Shown here one piece after another: positions 31,838 to 42,805 of a stretch of DNA of 64,000 nucleotides. Position numbers and translations under genes: made by a program. The stretch covers positions 23,612 through 87,611 of the forward strand of contig CAVTOM010000008.1 in assembly GCA_963736365.1 (NCBI GenBank). The letters run 5' to 3'. The first letter of the stretch is position 1. Every line of letters begins with the position of its first letter. The notes under the pieces were generated by a model. It saw only the letters and a program-made list of their open reading frames with translations. It ran no database searches and had not been told where the DNA came from. The DNA comes from an uncultured bacterium. GTDB taxonomy: Bacteria > Actinomycetota > Actinomycetes > S36-B12.

Positions 31838-34492
31838 GCAAGTGGGCCGTGCGGCATCCGGTGATCGCGCTGGTGGTGTGGTTCGCGGCGATCCTCGTGA
31901 TCGGCGGGTCCGCCAAGGCGCTCGACGCGACGTTCAACGACAGCCTCACCCTGCCAGGCGTCCCGTCGACGCAGGCGCAGTCGCTGCTGGAGAAGCTCGG
32001 GTCGGCCAAGGCCAGCGACACCAGCATCACCGTCGTCTGGAAGTCCACGGACGGCAAGGTCACTGACGCGAAGGTGCGCGCGGCGATCGACCCGGTGCTC
32101 AAGCGGCTGGCGGAGCAGCCCGGCGTGACCTGCCTGTCCGGCCCGTACGACCGGGACTTCGGGCCGTCATGCCCGAGGACCCAGAAGAAGAGCCTCGAGG
32201 AGACCATCACCGCGAAGGCCAACGAGGCCGTCGCGAAGGCCACCGGGATCGCCGCCGCGGACATCCCCACGGTCGGGCCGCTGCTCCAGCGCCTGGCACC
32301 CCTCGAGTCGGTCAGCCCCGATCAGCTGGGCGCGGTGGCGCGCGCGCTGCCCGCCGTGGCGAAGCTGGCGCAGGCGCCCCGGTCGATCCTCGACGGCCTC
32401 GCGTCGGTCACGAACAGCGACTGGAAGGCGATCCCCGGGTTCACCCAGAAGGACGCCGACGAGGTAACCGCGGCCTTCGGTGGCCTGGACAAGGCCGCGC
32501 AGCTGCCGGCGGCCACCCTTGAGGCGCTCGCGAAGGCCGATCCCGCATCCCTGGCGCGAACCGCCGAGTCGGTCCCCGGCAAGGTGGCCGAGGCGCGGAA
32601 GGACTGGGCCACCTACCAGTCCGATCTCGCCACCCTGCAGAAGGCTGCTCGGGCCACCACGGCGGCCACCTCCCGGATCTCCCGCGACGAGCGCATCGCC
32701 TACGCCACCCTCACCATCGCCGGATCCACCCTCCCGACGTCGGAGGCGGCGGACATCGCCCGCATCATCAGCGACGCCGGCACGGACACCCTCATCGTCG
32801 GAGCCCAGGGCAGCGCGCTCGAAGGGGCCGGGAGCCCGGCGGACAACAGCGAGGCGATCGGCCTCCTCGCCGCGCTCCTCATCCTGCTCGTCACCTTCGG
32901 CTCGGTGATCGCCGCCGGCCTGCCGCTCGTCGTGGCGATCACCGGCCTCGTGGCCGGTCAGCTGCTCATCCTCGTGGCGGCGCACTTCCTCGATGTCCCG
33001 TCGTTCGCCCCCGAGCTCGCCGCGATGATCGGGCTCGGGCGTGGGCATCGACTACGCCCTGTTCATCCTCAACCGCTACCGGCAGGGCCTGCAGGACGAC
33101 GTGGCCCCGCGCGATGCCGCCCTGACCGCAGTCGGCACGGCTGGTCGTGCGGTGCTGTTCGCCGGCAGCACGGTGATCATCGCCCTGCTCGGGATGTTCG
33201 TCCTCGGCATCGACTTCTTCAACGGCCTGGCCGTCGCTGCAGCGGCCGCCGTCCTCATGGTCATGACCTCCGCCCTGCTCTTCCTGCCGGCGCTCCTGTC
33301 GTTGCTCGGCGCCCGGGCGCTGGGCTGGCGCATGCCGTGGGCGCGGCGCCTGCGACCGTTCGACCCTGCGACCAGCCGCTGGACGGCCTACGGGCGCCTG
33401 CTGCAGAAGGCGCCCATCGTCCCCGCCCTGCTGGCCGTCCTGCTCATCGCGGTGCTCGCCTCGCCGGCCCTGTCGATGCGGCTGGGCTTCCCGGACGACG
33501 GTACCGAGGCACGCGGCACGCCTCTGCGCACCGGCTTCGACCTCATGGCCGAGGGCTTCGGCGCCGGATTCAACGGTCCCTTCTTCGTCGCCGTGCAGGC
33601 CGACCGCAAGGACGACTTCGCCGGCCTCTCCGAGGCGATCCGGGCGCTGGAGAAGACCCCCGGGGTGGCCCGCACGATCCCGGACACGGCGATGATGCCG
33701 TTGGTCAAGGAGGACAAGAAGACGTTCGGTGACGACCGCAAGGTCACGTCGATCCTCGTGATCCCCTCGACGTCTCCGCAGTCCCCCGACACCGCCACCC
33801 TGCTCGACCGCATCCGCGACACGACGGCCCCCCGGCTGGCGGCCGACCACAAGGTCACGCTCTATGTGGGCGGCAGTCAGGCCGTCGCCACGGACTTCAC
33901 CGGCGTGCTCGGGAAGGCGCTGCCGGTCTTCCTGCTCCTCGTCGTGGGGCTGGGCTTCCTCGCCCTCATGCTGCTGTTCCACTCCATCGTCATCCCGCTC
34001 ACCGCGGCCGTCACGAGCCTGCTCTCCTTCGCCGGCGCGATGGGGGTGACGGTGGCGGTCTTCCAGACCGGGCTGCTCGACAGCGTCTTCGGCGTGACGG
34101 GCACCGGACCGATCCTGCCCTTCCTCCCGGTCATGGTCTTCGCCATCCTGTTCGGCCTGTCGATGGACTACCAGGTCTTCCTCGTCACCCGCATGCAGGA
34201 GGCCTGGCTCGGGACTCCGGACAACAAGGCGGCGGTCCGTGCGGGGCTCGCGGGCTCGGGCCGCGTCGTCGTCGTCGCGGCGTCGATCATGACGTGCGTG
34301 TTCCTGTCGTTCGTCCCGACGCCCACCGACACCATCAAGCTGTTCGGGGTGGCCCTGGCCTCCGCCGTCATCATCGACGCCTTCATCGTCCGCCTCGTGC
34401 TCGTGCCGAGCCTCATGACCATGTTCGGCCGCGCGAACTGGTGGATGCCCCGCTGGCTCGGCCGGATCCTGCCGCGCATCACGCTCGAGTAG
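31834..34492 (+). CDS. MMPL/RND family transporter; frameshift near 33040
   Basis: FGSVIAAGLP, GIDYALFI..RY, GRAVLFAG.TV, FGLSMDYQVFL, DAFIVRLVLVP, NWWMPRWL. Confidence 0.92.
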
Positions 34493-34541
34493 CGCTGCGC
34501 ACCTTCACCCTGCGCGTCTGGGACAATCAGCGCGCAGCGCG

Positions 34542-34614
34542 GCGCCCGTAGCTCAATGGATAGAGCAACCGGTTTCTACCCGGTCGGTTGGGGGTTCGAG
34601 TCCCTCCGGGCGCA
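34542..34614 (+). tRNA. tRNA-Arg (anticodon UCU), CCA not encoded
   Basis: Acceptor GCGCCCG/CGGGCGC, D-arm GCTCAATGGATAGAGC, anticodon stem ACCGG-TTTCTAC-CCGGT, T-loop GGTTCGAGTCC. Confidence 0.96.
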
Positions 34615-34736
34615 CTGGCACGGCCCGACATCGTCGCGACTGATGCGGCCTGTGAGGGGTGCCACGGTCCCCGCGTAACGAGGCATACTCAGGACGTGCA
34701 GAACGAACGCGGACCAGTCGACCAGGAGTCACCCTC

Positions 34737-34973
34737 ATGAGCGGACCCTTGCGGCGTGTTGCCACAACCGAGAGGCGCCGTGACCCGTCCGGTGCCGACA
34801 CCGAGCGCCGCAGCATGGATCGGCGCTCGGGAAGCGACCGACGCACCCTGACGGACCGGCGCACGGGGGAACGACGCGGCAGCGTCGAGTGGTCCGGTGA
34901 TGCGTGGGCCGGCGCGCCCCGCACGGGAGAACGACGCCGGGCTGACCGCCGGGTCGAGGCCCGCCGGCACTGA
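34737..34973 (+). CDS. 78-aa Arg-rich microprotein with eight [DE]RR repeats
   Basis: AGGAG RBS then ATG; MSGPLRRVATTERRRD...DRRSGSDRRTLTDRRTGERR...GERRRADRR; fills the intergenic gap. Confidence 0.7.
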   Translation: MSGPLRRVATTERRRDPSGADTERRSMDRRSGSDRRTLTDRRTGERRGSVEWSGDAWAGAPRTGERRRADRRVEARRH

Positions 34974-34979
34974 CGCTCG

Positions 34980-35279
34980 CTACCCGCCCGCGACGGATCC
35001 GATGATGAACAGCGTGCTCCCGGGCGGGACGGGCGTGGCCAGGCCGTCCAGCGTGCGGCACTCGTCCTCGCCCACGAAGACGTTGACGAACCCGCGGATG
35101 GCACCGGTCTCGTCCTGGACCCGACGGCCCACCGCCGGGGCGCGCTGACGCAGCAGGTCGAGCACCGCCGCGAGGCTCATGCCCTCGTCCACGTCGAGGG
35201 TCAGGACCCGCGCACCACCGGCGTGCTCGGCCAGGGCCCGCGGGAGCAGCACCGTGACCTGTCCCGACGGTTCGCCCAT
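34980..35279 (-). CDS. MoaD/ThiS ubiquitin-like protein
   Basis: FVNVFV, C-terminal SVAGG. Confidence 0.9.
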   Translation of the reverse strand: MGEPSGQVTVLLPRALAEHAGGARVLTLDVDEGMSLAAVLDLLRQRAPAVGRRVQDETGAIRGFVNVFVGEDECRTLDGLATPVPPGSTLFIIGSVAGG

Positions 35280-35280
35280 C

Positions 35281-36345
35281 TCAGGGGCTGATCCGCACGG
35301 ACAGCACGTCCGGCAGCTGACTGGCGACCTGGGTGAAGGTGCGCCCGTCGTCGAGGCTGGCGAACACCGAGCCGTTGCGCGTGCCGAAGGCGATCGCCGC
35401 CTCGCCGTCGTGCTCGATCACATGGGCGGCGTCCCGCAGCACGGACGCATAGAAGTCGTCCGGCAGGCCGTCACCCGCCTCCGTCCACGTCGCGCCCGCG
35501 TCGTCGGTGCGCCACAGTCGCAGGTGACCCTCCGGCGGGAACATGGTCTCCGCGTCGATCGGGATCACCCACGCGGTGTCGCCCTGCGTCGGATGGGCCA
35601 GCACGACGAAGCCGAAGTCCGCCGGCAGCCCCGGCATGATCGGCTCCCAGCTCGTTCCGGAGTCGGTCGAGCGGTACACCCCGCCGTGGTTCTGCGCGTA
35701 CACCTGCTCGGGATTCACCGAGTCGACGGCGATGCGATGCACGCACTGGTTGAACTCGGGGTACTCCTCGGGCTGGAAGTCGACCCTGATGCCGCGGTTG
35801 GCGGGGGTCCAGTCGCCGTCGCTGTCCGCGGAGCGGTAGACGCCACCGGTGCTCAGCGCGACGAGCATCGACCCGTCCGGGCGCGGGGCGATCGTGTGGA
35901 CCGCACCGCCGCCGGCACCAGGGTGCCACTCCGGCCGGTGCGGGTGGTTCCACAGCGCCTCGTTGAGCGCGAAGTGGGCTCCCCCGTCGGCGGACCGCCA
36001 CAGGGAGTGCGGCTCGATGCCCGCCCACACCACGTCGGGCTCCCGCGGGTCCGGGGTCAGGTTCCAGACCCGGGCCACCGCCGTGTCGAGCTCCGCCGGG
36101 AACGCGATCGCACCGGCCTCGGGCTCGGTCCACGTCTTCCCGTCGTCATCGCTGGTCATCACCGTCGGTCCCCAGAACCAGCTGCGCGCTCCCGCGAGCA
36201 GGCGCGGGGGCTGATCCTCCCCACGCGGCATCCACGCGACGGAGCTGAACTCCGCCATGTCGCGCAGCGGCTGGCTGACCTCCCACCCGTCCGCGTCCCC
36301 CACGGCGGTCCACAGACCCTTGCGTGTTCCGATGGCGATTCGCAT
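35281..36345 (-). CDS. BNR/Asp-box beta-propeller protein (sialidase-like fold), no signal peptide
   Basis: IGTRKGL start; repeated SxDxGxTW (SDDDGKTW, SADGGAHF, STDSGTSW, TDDAGATW), W.PGAGG, QNHGGVY. Confidence 0.88.
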   Translation of the reverse strand: MRIAIGTRKGLWTAVGDADGWEVSQPLRDMAEFSSVAWMPRGEDQPPRLLAGARSWFWGPTVMTSDDDGKTWTEPEAGAIAFPAELDTAVARVWNLTPDPREPDVVWAGIEPHSLWRSADGGAHFALNEALWNHPHRPEWHPGAGGGAVHTIAPRPDGSMLVALSTGGVYRSADSDGDWTPANRGIRVDFQPEEYPEFNQCVHRIAVDSVNPEQVYAQNHGGVYRSTDSGTSWEPIMPGLPADFGFVVLAHPTQGDTAWVIPIDAETMFPPEGHLRLWRTDDAGATWTEAGDGLPDDFYASVLRDAAHVIEHDGEAAIAFGTRNGSVFASLDDGRTFTQVASQLPDVLSVRISP

Positions 36346-36436
36346 AGCGGTCAAGGCTAGGCACTTGTGACCGCCCTGTGAAGAGTTGCGGCCTTGACGC
36401 CCTCGCTTACCATCGATCGATGAGGGAGCTCGGGCG

Positions 36437-37387
36437 GTGAGGCGGGTCGTCACGGGACTTGCGACCGCCCTGCTGATGGTCGCCACGTCGACGGCGGGCG
36501 CGTGGTCGGCCGAGGCCGAGACCAGCCCGTCGATCCCCGGGGCCATGGCCCGCACCTACGACGGCGGCGACCTGCGCATCCGCCGCGACCTCGGCGGCAC
36601 CTCGGACTACACGCGTCATGCGATCACCTACCGCAGTGGTGACCTCACGATCACCGGCATCATGAACAGGCCGCGCGGCACAGGCCCCTTCCCCGTCGTC
36701 GTGCTGGCCCACGGCCACATCGACCCGGACGTCTACGTCACCGGCCAGGGGTTCAACCGCGAGCAGGACTGGCTCGCCCGTCACGGCTACGTCGCGCTCC
36801 ACGTGGACTACCGCAACCACGCTGGGTCCGACCGCGACCCGAGCAGCGACCTCAACCTGCGGATCGGCTACGCCGAGGACGTCATCAATGCCGGACTCGC
36901 GGTGCGATCCTCGACGCTGCCGTTCATCGACACGGAGCGGGTGGCGCTGCTGGGCCGGTCGATGGGTGGAGGGGTGGCGTTCCAGGCGCTCGTGATCAAG
37001 CCCGGGGTGTTCGACGCTGTCGTCACGTACGCCTCGACCAGCACCAACACCGCCGACAACTTCAACCGCTGGCAGCGCTCCGACAGCCCGCTCGGCGCGC
37101 GGATCATGCAGCGCTACGGCGCCCCGGAGGACAGCGTCGGGGCGTGGCGCACGATGTCGGCCCGGCCCTACCTGTGGCGCGTGACCGAGCCCGTCCTCAT
37201 GATCCACGGAACGGCCGACGAGAGCTGCCCCATCCGATGGGCGCGCGAGACGGCTGCCGCCCTCAAGCAACAGGGCAAGGACGTCCGCCTCGTCGAGTAC
37301 CGCGGGGCCGGCCACTACCTGTACGGGCCGTGGGCCGACTCCATCCGGACCGTCGACCGGTTCCTGCGCCGGCACCTCGACCTCTGA
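36437..37387 (+). CDS. Secreted alpha/beta hydrolase (S9-like)
   Basis: Signal peptide, VLAHG, DYRNH, GRSMGG, HGTADESC, GAGH. Confidence 0.88.
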   Translation: MRRVVTGLATALLMVATSTAGAWSAEAETSPSIPGAMARTYDGGDLRIRRDLGGTSDYTRHAITYRSGDLTITGIMNRPRGTGPFPVVVLAHGHIDPDVYVTGQGFNREQDWLARHGYVALHVDYRNHAGSDRDPSSDLNLRIGYAEDVINAGLAVRSSTLPFIDTERVALLGRSMGGGVAFQALVIKPGVFDAVVTYASTSTNTADNFNRWQRSDSPLGARIMQRYGAPEDSVGAWRTMSARPYLWRVTEPVLMIHGTADESCPIRWARETAAALKQQGKDVRLVEYRGAGHYLYGPWADSIRTVDRFLRRHLDL

Positions 37388-37403
37388 CCGTCCGCGACGG
37401 GCG

Positions 37404-38600
37404 TCAGCGGCAGAACGGCTCGGGGTGCCCCAGGTAGTAGCCCTGCCCGTAGTGGGCGCCCAGCTCGGTCAGCGTGTGCTGCTCCTGGAATGTCTCGATC
37501 CCCTCGGCGATCATGACCGCGCCGATGTCCTTGGCGAACACCGCCAGGGCGGCGGCCAGCGCCCGGCGTGACGGATCCCGGTCGACACCGCGGCAGATCG
37601 AGATGTCGAGCTTGAGGATGTCCGGGTCCAGCCGCAGGATGTGCCGCAGGCTCGAGAATCCGGCGCCGGTGTCATCGATGGCCAACCGCGCTCCGGCCGC
37701 ACGCAGCGGGGCCAGGCTCGCCTCGATCGCGCCGTAGTCCTCGATCGGGACGTGCTCCGTCAGCTCGATCACGACCCGGTCCCAGGGCACGTCGGCCCCC
37801 AGGTGCTCGGCGAGGCCCGCGAGCACGAGGCTGGGTGAGGCGTTGATGGTCATGAACTGCCCGGGCGACAGCCGGCCGATGTCGGCGAGTGCGGTCCGCG
37901 CCGCCACCGCCTCGAGATCCACCGCGAGGCCGACGTCCAGGGCATCGGCGAACCAGCGCTCCGGTCCCTGCAGCGGCATGAGGTCGAACCGCGACAGCGC
38001 CTCGTACCCCACGATCTCCGCCGTCTCGAGGTCGATGACCGGCTGGAAGACGGTGCGCGGCCCGCCGGCCTCGAGGCTGTCCAGGATGCGCCGGCGCCGC
38101 GCCTCCCGCTCGGCTACGTCGAGGGTGGTGGCGACCTCGAGCCCCTCGAGCTCCCCGCGCAGGAAGATGTTGCTGCGCCGCAGCTGCTGGTGCAGCGCGC
38201 GCGTGCGCAGGAGGTTCCGCACCCGCAGCACCACCTCGACCGGGTCCAGCGGCTTCGTCAGGAAGTCCTGCGCCCCGAGCTTGAGCGCCTGGTGGGCGGC
38301 CGCCGGGCTGGTGTCGCCCGTCAGTACGAGGACGGGCAGGTACGAGCCGGCCGCACTGCGGCCGATGACCTCGAGTAGCTCGAATCCGTCCACGTGCGGC
38401 ATGTGCAGGTCAAGCAGGACCAGGTCGGGCGGATACTCCGCCAGGTGCTCCTGGACCTCGCGCGGGTCGTTGATCGCGGTGATGTCCGCGATGCCGGCCT
38501 CCATCAGGATGACCGTGAGGAGACCGGTGATGGCCTCGAGGTCATCCACGACGAGGACACGGGCATCCCAGTACTCGGCGAGGTCCCCCGTGGACGTCAT
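37404..38600 (-). CDS. Response regulator with EAL c-di-GMP phosphodiesterase domain
   Basis: REC (VVDD, LLDLHMP, LTG, KP); EAL (FQPV, YEALSRF, IELTE, IDDTGAGFS, LKLD, AEGIET, QGY). Confidence 0.93.
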   Translation of the reverse strand: MTSTGDLAEYWDARVLVVDDLEAITGLLTVILMEAGIADITAINDPREVQEHLAEYPPDLVLLDLHMPHVDGFELLEVIGRSAAGSYLPVLVLTGDTSPAAAHQALKLGAQDFLTKPLDPVEVVLRVRNLLRTRALHQQLRRSNIFLRGELEGLEVATTLDVAEREARRRRILDSLEAGGPRTVFQPVIDLETAEIVGYEALSRFDLMPLQGPERWFADALDVGLAVDLEAVAARTALADIGRLSPGQFMTINASPSLVLAGLAEHLGADVPWDRVVIELTEHVPIEDYGAIEASLAPLRAAGARLAIDDTGAGFSSLRHILRLDPDILKLDISICRGVDRDPSRRALAAALAVFAKDIGAVMIAEGIETFQEQHTLTELGAHYGQGYYLGHPEPFCR

Positions 38601-38657
38601 ACCCGAGTCCTACACCCCGGAGGCCCCCGAGCGGCTCCGCCACGCGAAACCGTGAGG

Positions 38658-40224
38658 CTATTGAGCGGGGTACACGAGGAGCCACGGCGAGCCGCCGGAG
38701 ATCGCGCGGCCCGGCTCCTGACCCTGGGTCCACCACTTGGCCTCGTACGGGACGTCGCCGACCTGCACGCGCGTGCCCTCGACGTAGGCCGTGTCGGAGT
38801 CCCACTGGACGTAGGTGTTCGACGGCAGCGTGGGCAGCGGCGCCGGCGTGTCGCCGGGGAGAACCGGCCCGAGCAGCGTCCACGGCATGTCGTACTCGGA
38901 CGCGACAGGTGTCGTGGGATCGACGCCGCTGGTCCAGTACTTCGCCTGGTACACCTGCTTCTTCCACACCACCTTGCTGCCGGACGGGTAGGTGCCCAGC
39001 GGCTCCCAGATCGGGAACGGGCTCGTCGGCGGGATCGTCGACGATCACCGGCGAGTCCGCCTGGGCCGTCGGGGTCGCCGAGGCGCTGGGGCTCGTCGAG
39101 GGGCTGACCTCGTCGGTCGCATCGCCCAGCACGTCGGTGAAGGTGAAGCCCTCCTGGTCGACCCCGCTGCACGAGTCCTGCACCACGGTGAGGACGGCCG
39201 GCAGCGGACGTCGGCAGGTGCTGTCGCGGTTCGCGGACCACATGGACAGCAGCCCGACGCCCTGGGTGCGGGCGAAGTCGTTCACGACCTCGGCGTCGGC
39301 GATCGTGAAGACCTCGCCGGCGACGTCGTTCTGCCCGATCATCGGGGTGATGCCGACCCGGCCCCACGCCGCCGTCTCGTCGAGCGTGCGGCCCGACTGC
39401 GCGAAGGCCGCCTGGACCTGCCCCTGCAACGCGGTCGCTGCGGCCATGACGGCGTCCGCCATCGACTCCGATCGGTCCTTGGTACCGCCGAAGTTCATCG
39501 TCATGCCATTGACGCCGGCAACGTCGACACCCGCATCGAGCATCGTCGTGACGGCCTGAACACCCTGCGAGGTGAGGCCGTTCGTGTCCACCGGAAGCGT
39601 CAGCCAGACGGCCACCGGCCGGTTGGCCGCGGCCGAGGACTCCTGCACGGTCGCGATCGCCGTCGCTCGCCGCGCCATGCCCTCGGCGTCGGTCAGGGCG
39701 TCGCCCTCGATGTCCAGGTCGATGCTGGACAGCTCGTAGCGATCGACGACCGACTGGTAGGCGGAGGTGAGCGCGTCGATGTCGGCGCAGGCCGTCGCGA
39801 GCTCGCGGTTCGCCTGGCCGCCGAAGGACACGCGGGCGTTGCCGCCGGTCTTGCGCAGCTGGGCCAGGCGGCGGTCGAGCTCGAGGTCGGTGGCCGCCTG
39901 GTCGAGGTCGTAGTAGCCACCCCACGTCGGGGTGCACGGCTCATCGGGCGACGCGACCACGAAGGAGAGGATCACGTCCTGCTGGGTCGGCCCGAGGGGT
40001 GTCTCGAAGGGGTACGTCGGGGTCGCCGTGACGTCGACGTACGCGGCGAAGCCCGTGGGACCGGGCGTCGCTGCGGGGGCGACGACCGGCTTGGCCAGCG
40101 CCACGATCCCGGCCACGACGGCCAGCGTGACGCCGGCGAGCAGGACCACGCGGAAGGGGGAGATCCGCGAGGTGCGCTCGGGCGGTGATGCCGCGTCGGT
40201 GACGGGCGGGGTGTCGTTGCTCAT
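38658..40224 (-). CDS. Membrane-anchored GH18 chitinase-like protein with two C-terminal CBM5/12-like modules; frameshift near 39020
   Basis: FAAYVD, VSFGG, IDLDIEG, MTMNFG, TPMIGQND, MWSANRD; YQAKYWT and YEAKWWT modules. Confidence 0.88.
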
Positions 40225-42568
40225 GAGGAGACCTCCATGCGGACGCGGGAGCGACGCTCGCCCGCGCGGGGTGGACGGGTGGTGACGGCGGCGCCCTGGC
40301 CGCGAACGCCGCGACCGGAGTCGCTCACGCCCGGACCGAAGTACAGGACGGACTCCCAGTCGAGGTCGTCCGAGCCGGACGTTGGCCCGGTCTGGGTGCT
40401 CGTCGCCTCGGACCGCGCCACCGGGACGCGCACCCAGTTCGCCATGCCGACGGCGACGTCGACGATGGAGTTGCGCACCCCCATGAAGGCCACGATCGCG
40501 TAGGTCGTGAGCACGCCGTTGAAGGCGGCGAACGTCGCATTGCTCCAGTTTCCGTATCGCAGGTCGTGCTGGAGCGTGTAGAACGAGTACCCGGCGATCA
40601 GGACGGCGCCGAGGACGAACAGCGCCGGAGCAGCCGTCCGGTTCTTCACCTTCGGTGTGCGTGCGAACGGGATCTTCGACTTGGCCGCCGCCTGCTGGAG
40701 CGACTTGAACGTCCCGGCCAGGTTGACCGGCACCAGGATGAGGTTGAAGGCGTAGACGCGGAAGACGTCCGTGCGCTTGTAGCCCATCCGCTTGAAGTCG
40801 TATGCCATCGCGGCGAAGTACGGCAGGGCCGCGAACAGGATGATCGGGCTCAGCAGCTTGTTGTTGAAGGGGAACACCAGCAGGAAGACCAGCCCGATGC
40901 TCGCCCAGGCGATGGACGCCATGTAGTTGAAGCGCAGGAGCACCTGCGGCCAGGCCACGCGGTGCCCGGCCTTGCGCTCGGTGCGCATGAAGCGCCACAG
41001 CTTGGGCAGGATCAGCAGGCCGCCGTTGGCCCAGCGCGTGCGCTGGACCACGAGCGAGCCGAAGTCCGGCGGCGTCGCGCTGTAGCTCAGCCGCTCCGGG
41101 TAGTTGTAGAGCGTCCAGCCCTTGGCGACGAGGTCGATGCTCGACTCGGTGTCCTCGATGACGGTGCGGTCCTGCACGTAGCGGCGGACGGGGTAGCCGT
41201 CGACATACGTGACCTCCTCGATGTCCTTCAGGGCCCCCCAGCGGATCACGGCGTTCGCCCCGACCCAGAAGGTCGCGCCGTAGTAGGTGAGTCCCTGGTG
41301 CACGATGAACTGCGTGTCCGTGGTGGCCCCGGCGATCCGCTCGAGGCGTGTCGTGGCGCCGCGGAAGGCCGAGTAGGGGGTCTGGATCACGGCGATGCGC
41401 TCGTTGCCCGGCAGCTCCAGGTGGTACACGAGCCGCAGGCAGTACTCGCGCAGGAGCACGCTGTCGGCGTCGAGCGTGAGGACGTAGTCCGTCGTCGGCA
41501 CGATCAGGTCGGGATCCTCATCGGTCTCCCGCAGCACCAGGCCCAGCCGAGTCTCGACGACCCGGTACTGGGCGCCCATGAGGCCCATGTACGCGTTCAG
41601 GTTCATCGCCTTGTTGGCGTCGTGCGGCAGGTGGGCGAACCGCTTCCGCTCGAAGGACGAGATGCGGGCGCTGAAGGTCCACGCGAGGCGACGGGCCAGC
41701 TGCACGAGGCGCTCGGCCGGGACTCCGGCCTTCTGGTCCAGGGCGCTGAAGAGGGCGGCCGCCGTCTCCCGGCAGTCGTTGCCGAGCGCACCGAAGACCT
41801 CCTGTGCCACGAAGTCGTCCATCGAGGTCTCGCGCGGGTACTGCGCGGACTCGAAGTCGAGCCAGTCGGCGGCCCAGACGAAGTCGAGGGCCAGCGCGCG
41901 CAGGTTGGAGTCGGTGGCGGGCCCTCCGATGCGGGCTGCCTGCTCCTGCCGGACGACGGAGGCCTCGAACCGCTCCCGCGGCTCGCGCAGCAGGGCTGTC
42001 AGCTCGGCCGGAAGGTCGCGGCAGGCCGCGAGGCTGGCCGCCGCCTCGGGTCCTGCGGGTCGGTCGGGTCGTCGATCAGCAGGACGATGCTCAGATCCGG
42101 GTACTCCTGGAGGGCGGCCGACAGCATCGTGGAGCGGACGACGTCCGGGTCCTCGCGGTACGAGGGGATGAGCACCGTCATGGAGGTGCGCGTCCCGGCG
42201 AAGTGCGCGTCGATCTCGGCGCGCGGCACCCGATGGTGGGTGCGGGTCCGGTACAGCGACCCCTGCCGGGCCATGAGGTACATCAGCGCGCTGAAGGTCA
42301 GCAGCGTCATGACCAGCACGTATGCGAAGGTCTGCACGATGAACGTGCTGTCGCTGAAGCCGCCCGCGAGGATGTCGGTCAGGACGGTGCGCACGAGGTA
42401 GGCCACCCACAGGACGACGGTGACGACGATCGCGAAGCCGCCCATCCAGGTGGCGGCGTGCGTGGCCGGCTTCTCGACCGACGGCAGCGGCGGCCGTGGC
42501 GCCTCGGACCCCCACTGTCGACGGGCCGGCTGGGTCGTCGTGTCGTCGGACAGGATGTCGTGCGCCAT
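40221..42568 (-). CDS. Processive GT2 glycosyltransferase (cellulose-synthase-like); frameshift near 42045
   Basis: IPSYRE, LIDD, KAMNLN, LDADS, QTPY, IED, QRTRW, flanking TM helices. Confidence 0.9.
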
Positions 42569-42675
42569 CGTCTGGTCAGATCCTCTGGTTGGCGTGACTT
42601 ACTGGAGTCCCTCTACTCAATCAGTGGATTTCCCCGACGAGAGCGGTCCGAGAGGCCCACGGCCGTTCCCGGTCC

Positions 42676-42696
42676 GAACGTGAGTAGAACGTGAGT
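42676..42696. promoter_or_regulatory. Direct repeat GAACGTGAGT x2, 11-bp period, candidate regulator site
   Basis: 42676-42685 and 42687-42696 in the divergent GT2/mscR intergenic region. Confidence 0.45.
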
Positions 42697-42805
42697 CGAT
42701 TCGTCTGGAAAGGGGGGACTCGCACCGGGAGTCGGGGGTTCGCGGCATCATTCGTACCGCCACGTCGTCGTCACGAGAGCTCGTCCACGTCAGGAGAGGT
42801 AGACC

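Noticed and set aside
34542-34660. tRNA-Arg as integration site of a genomic island
   Set aside because: No integrase and no duplicated tRNA 3' end noticed in the window
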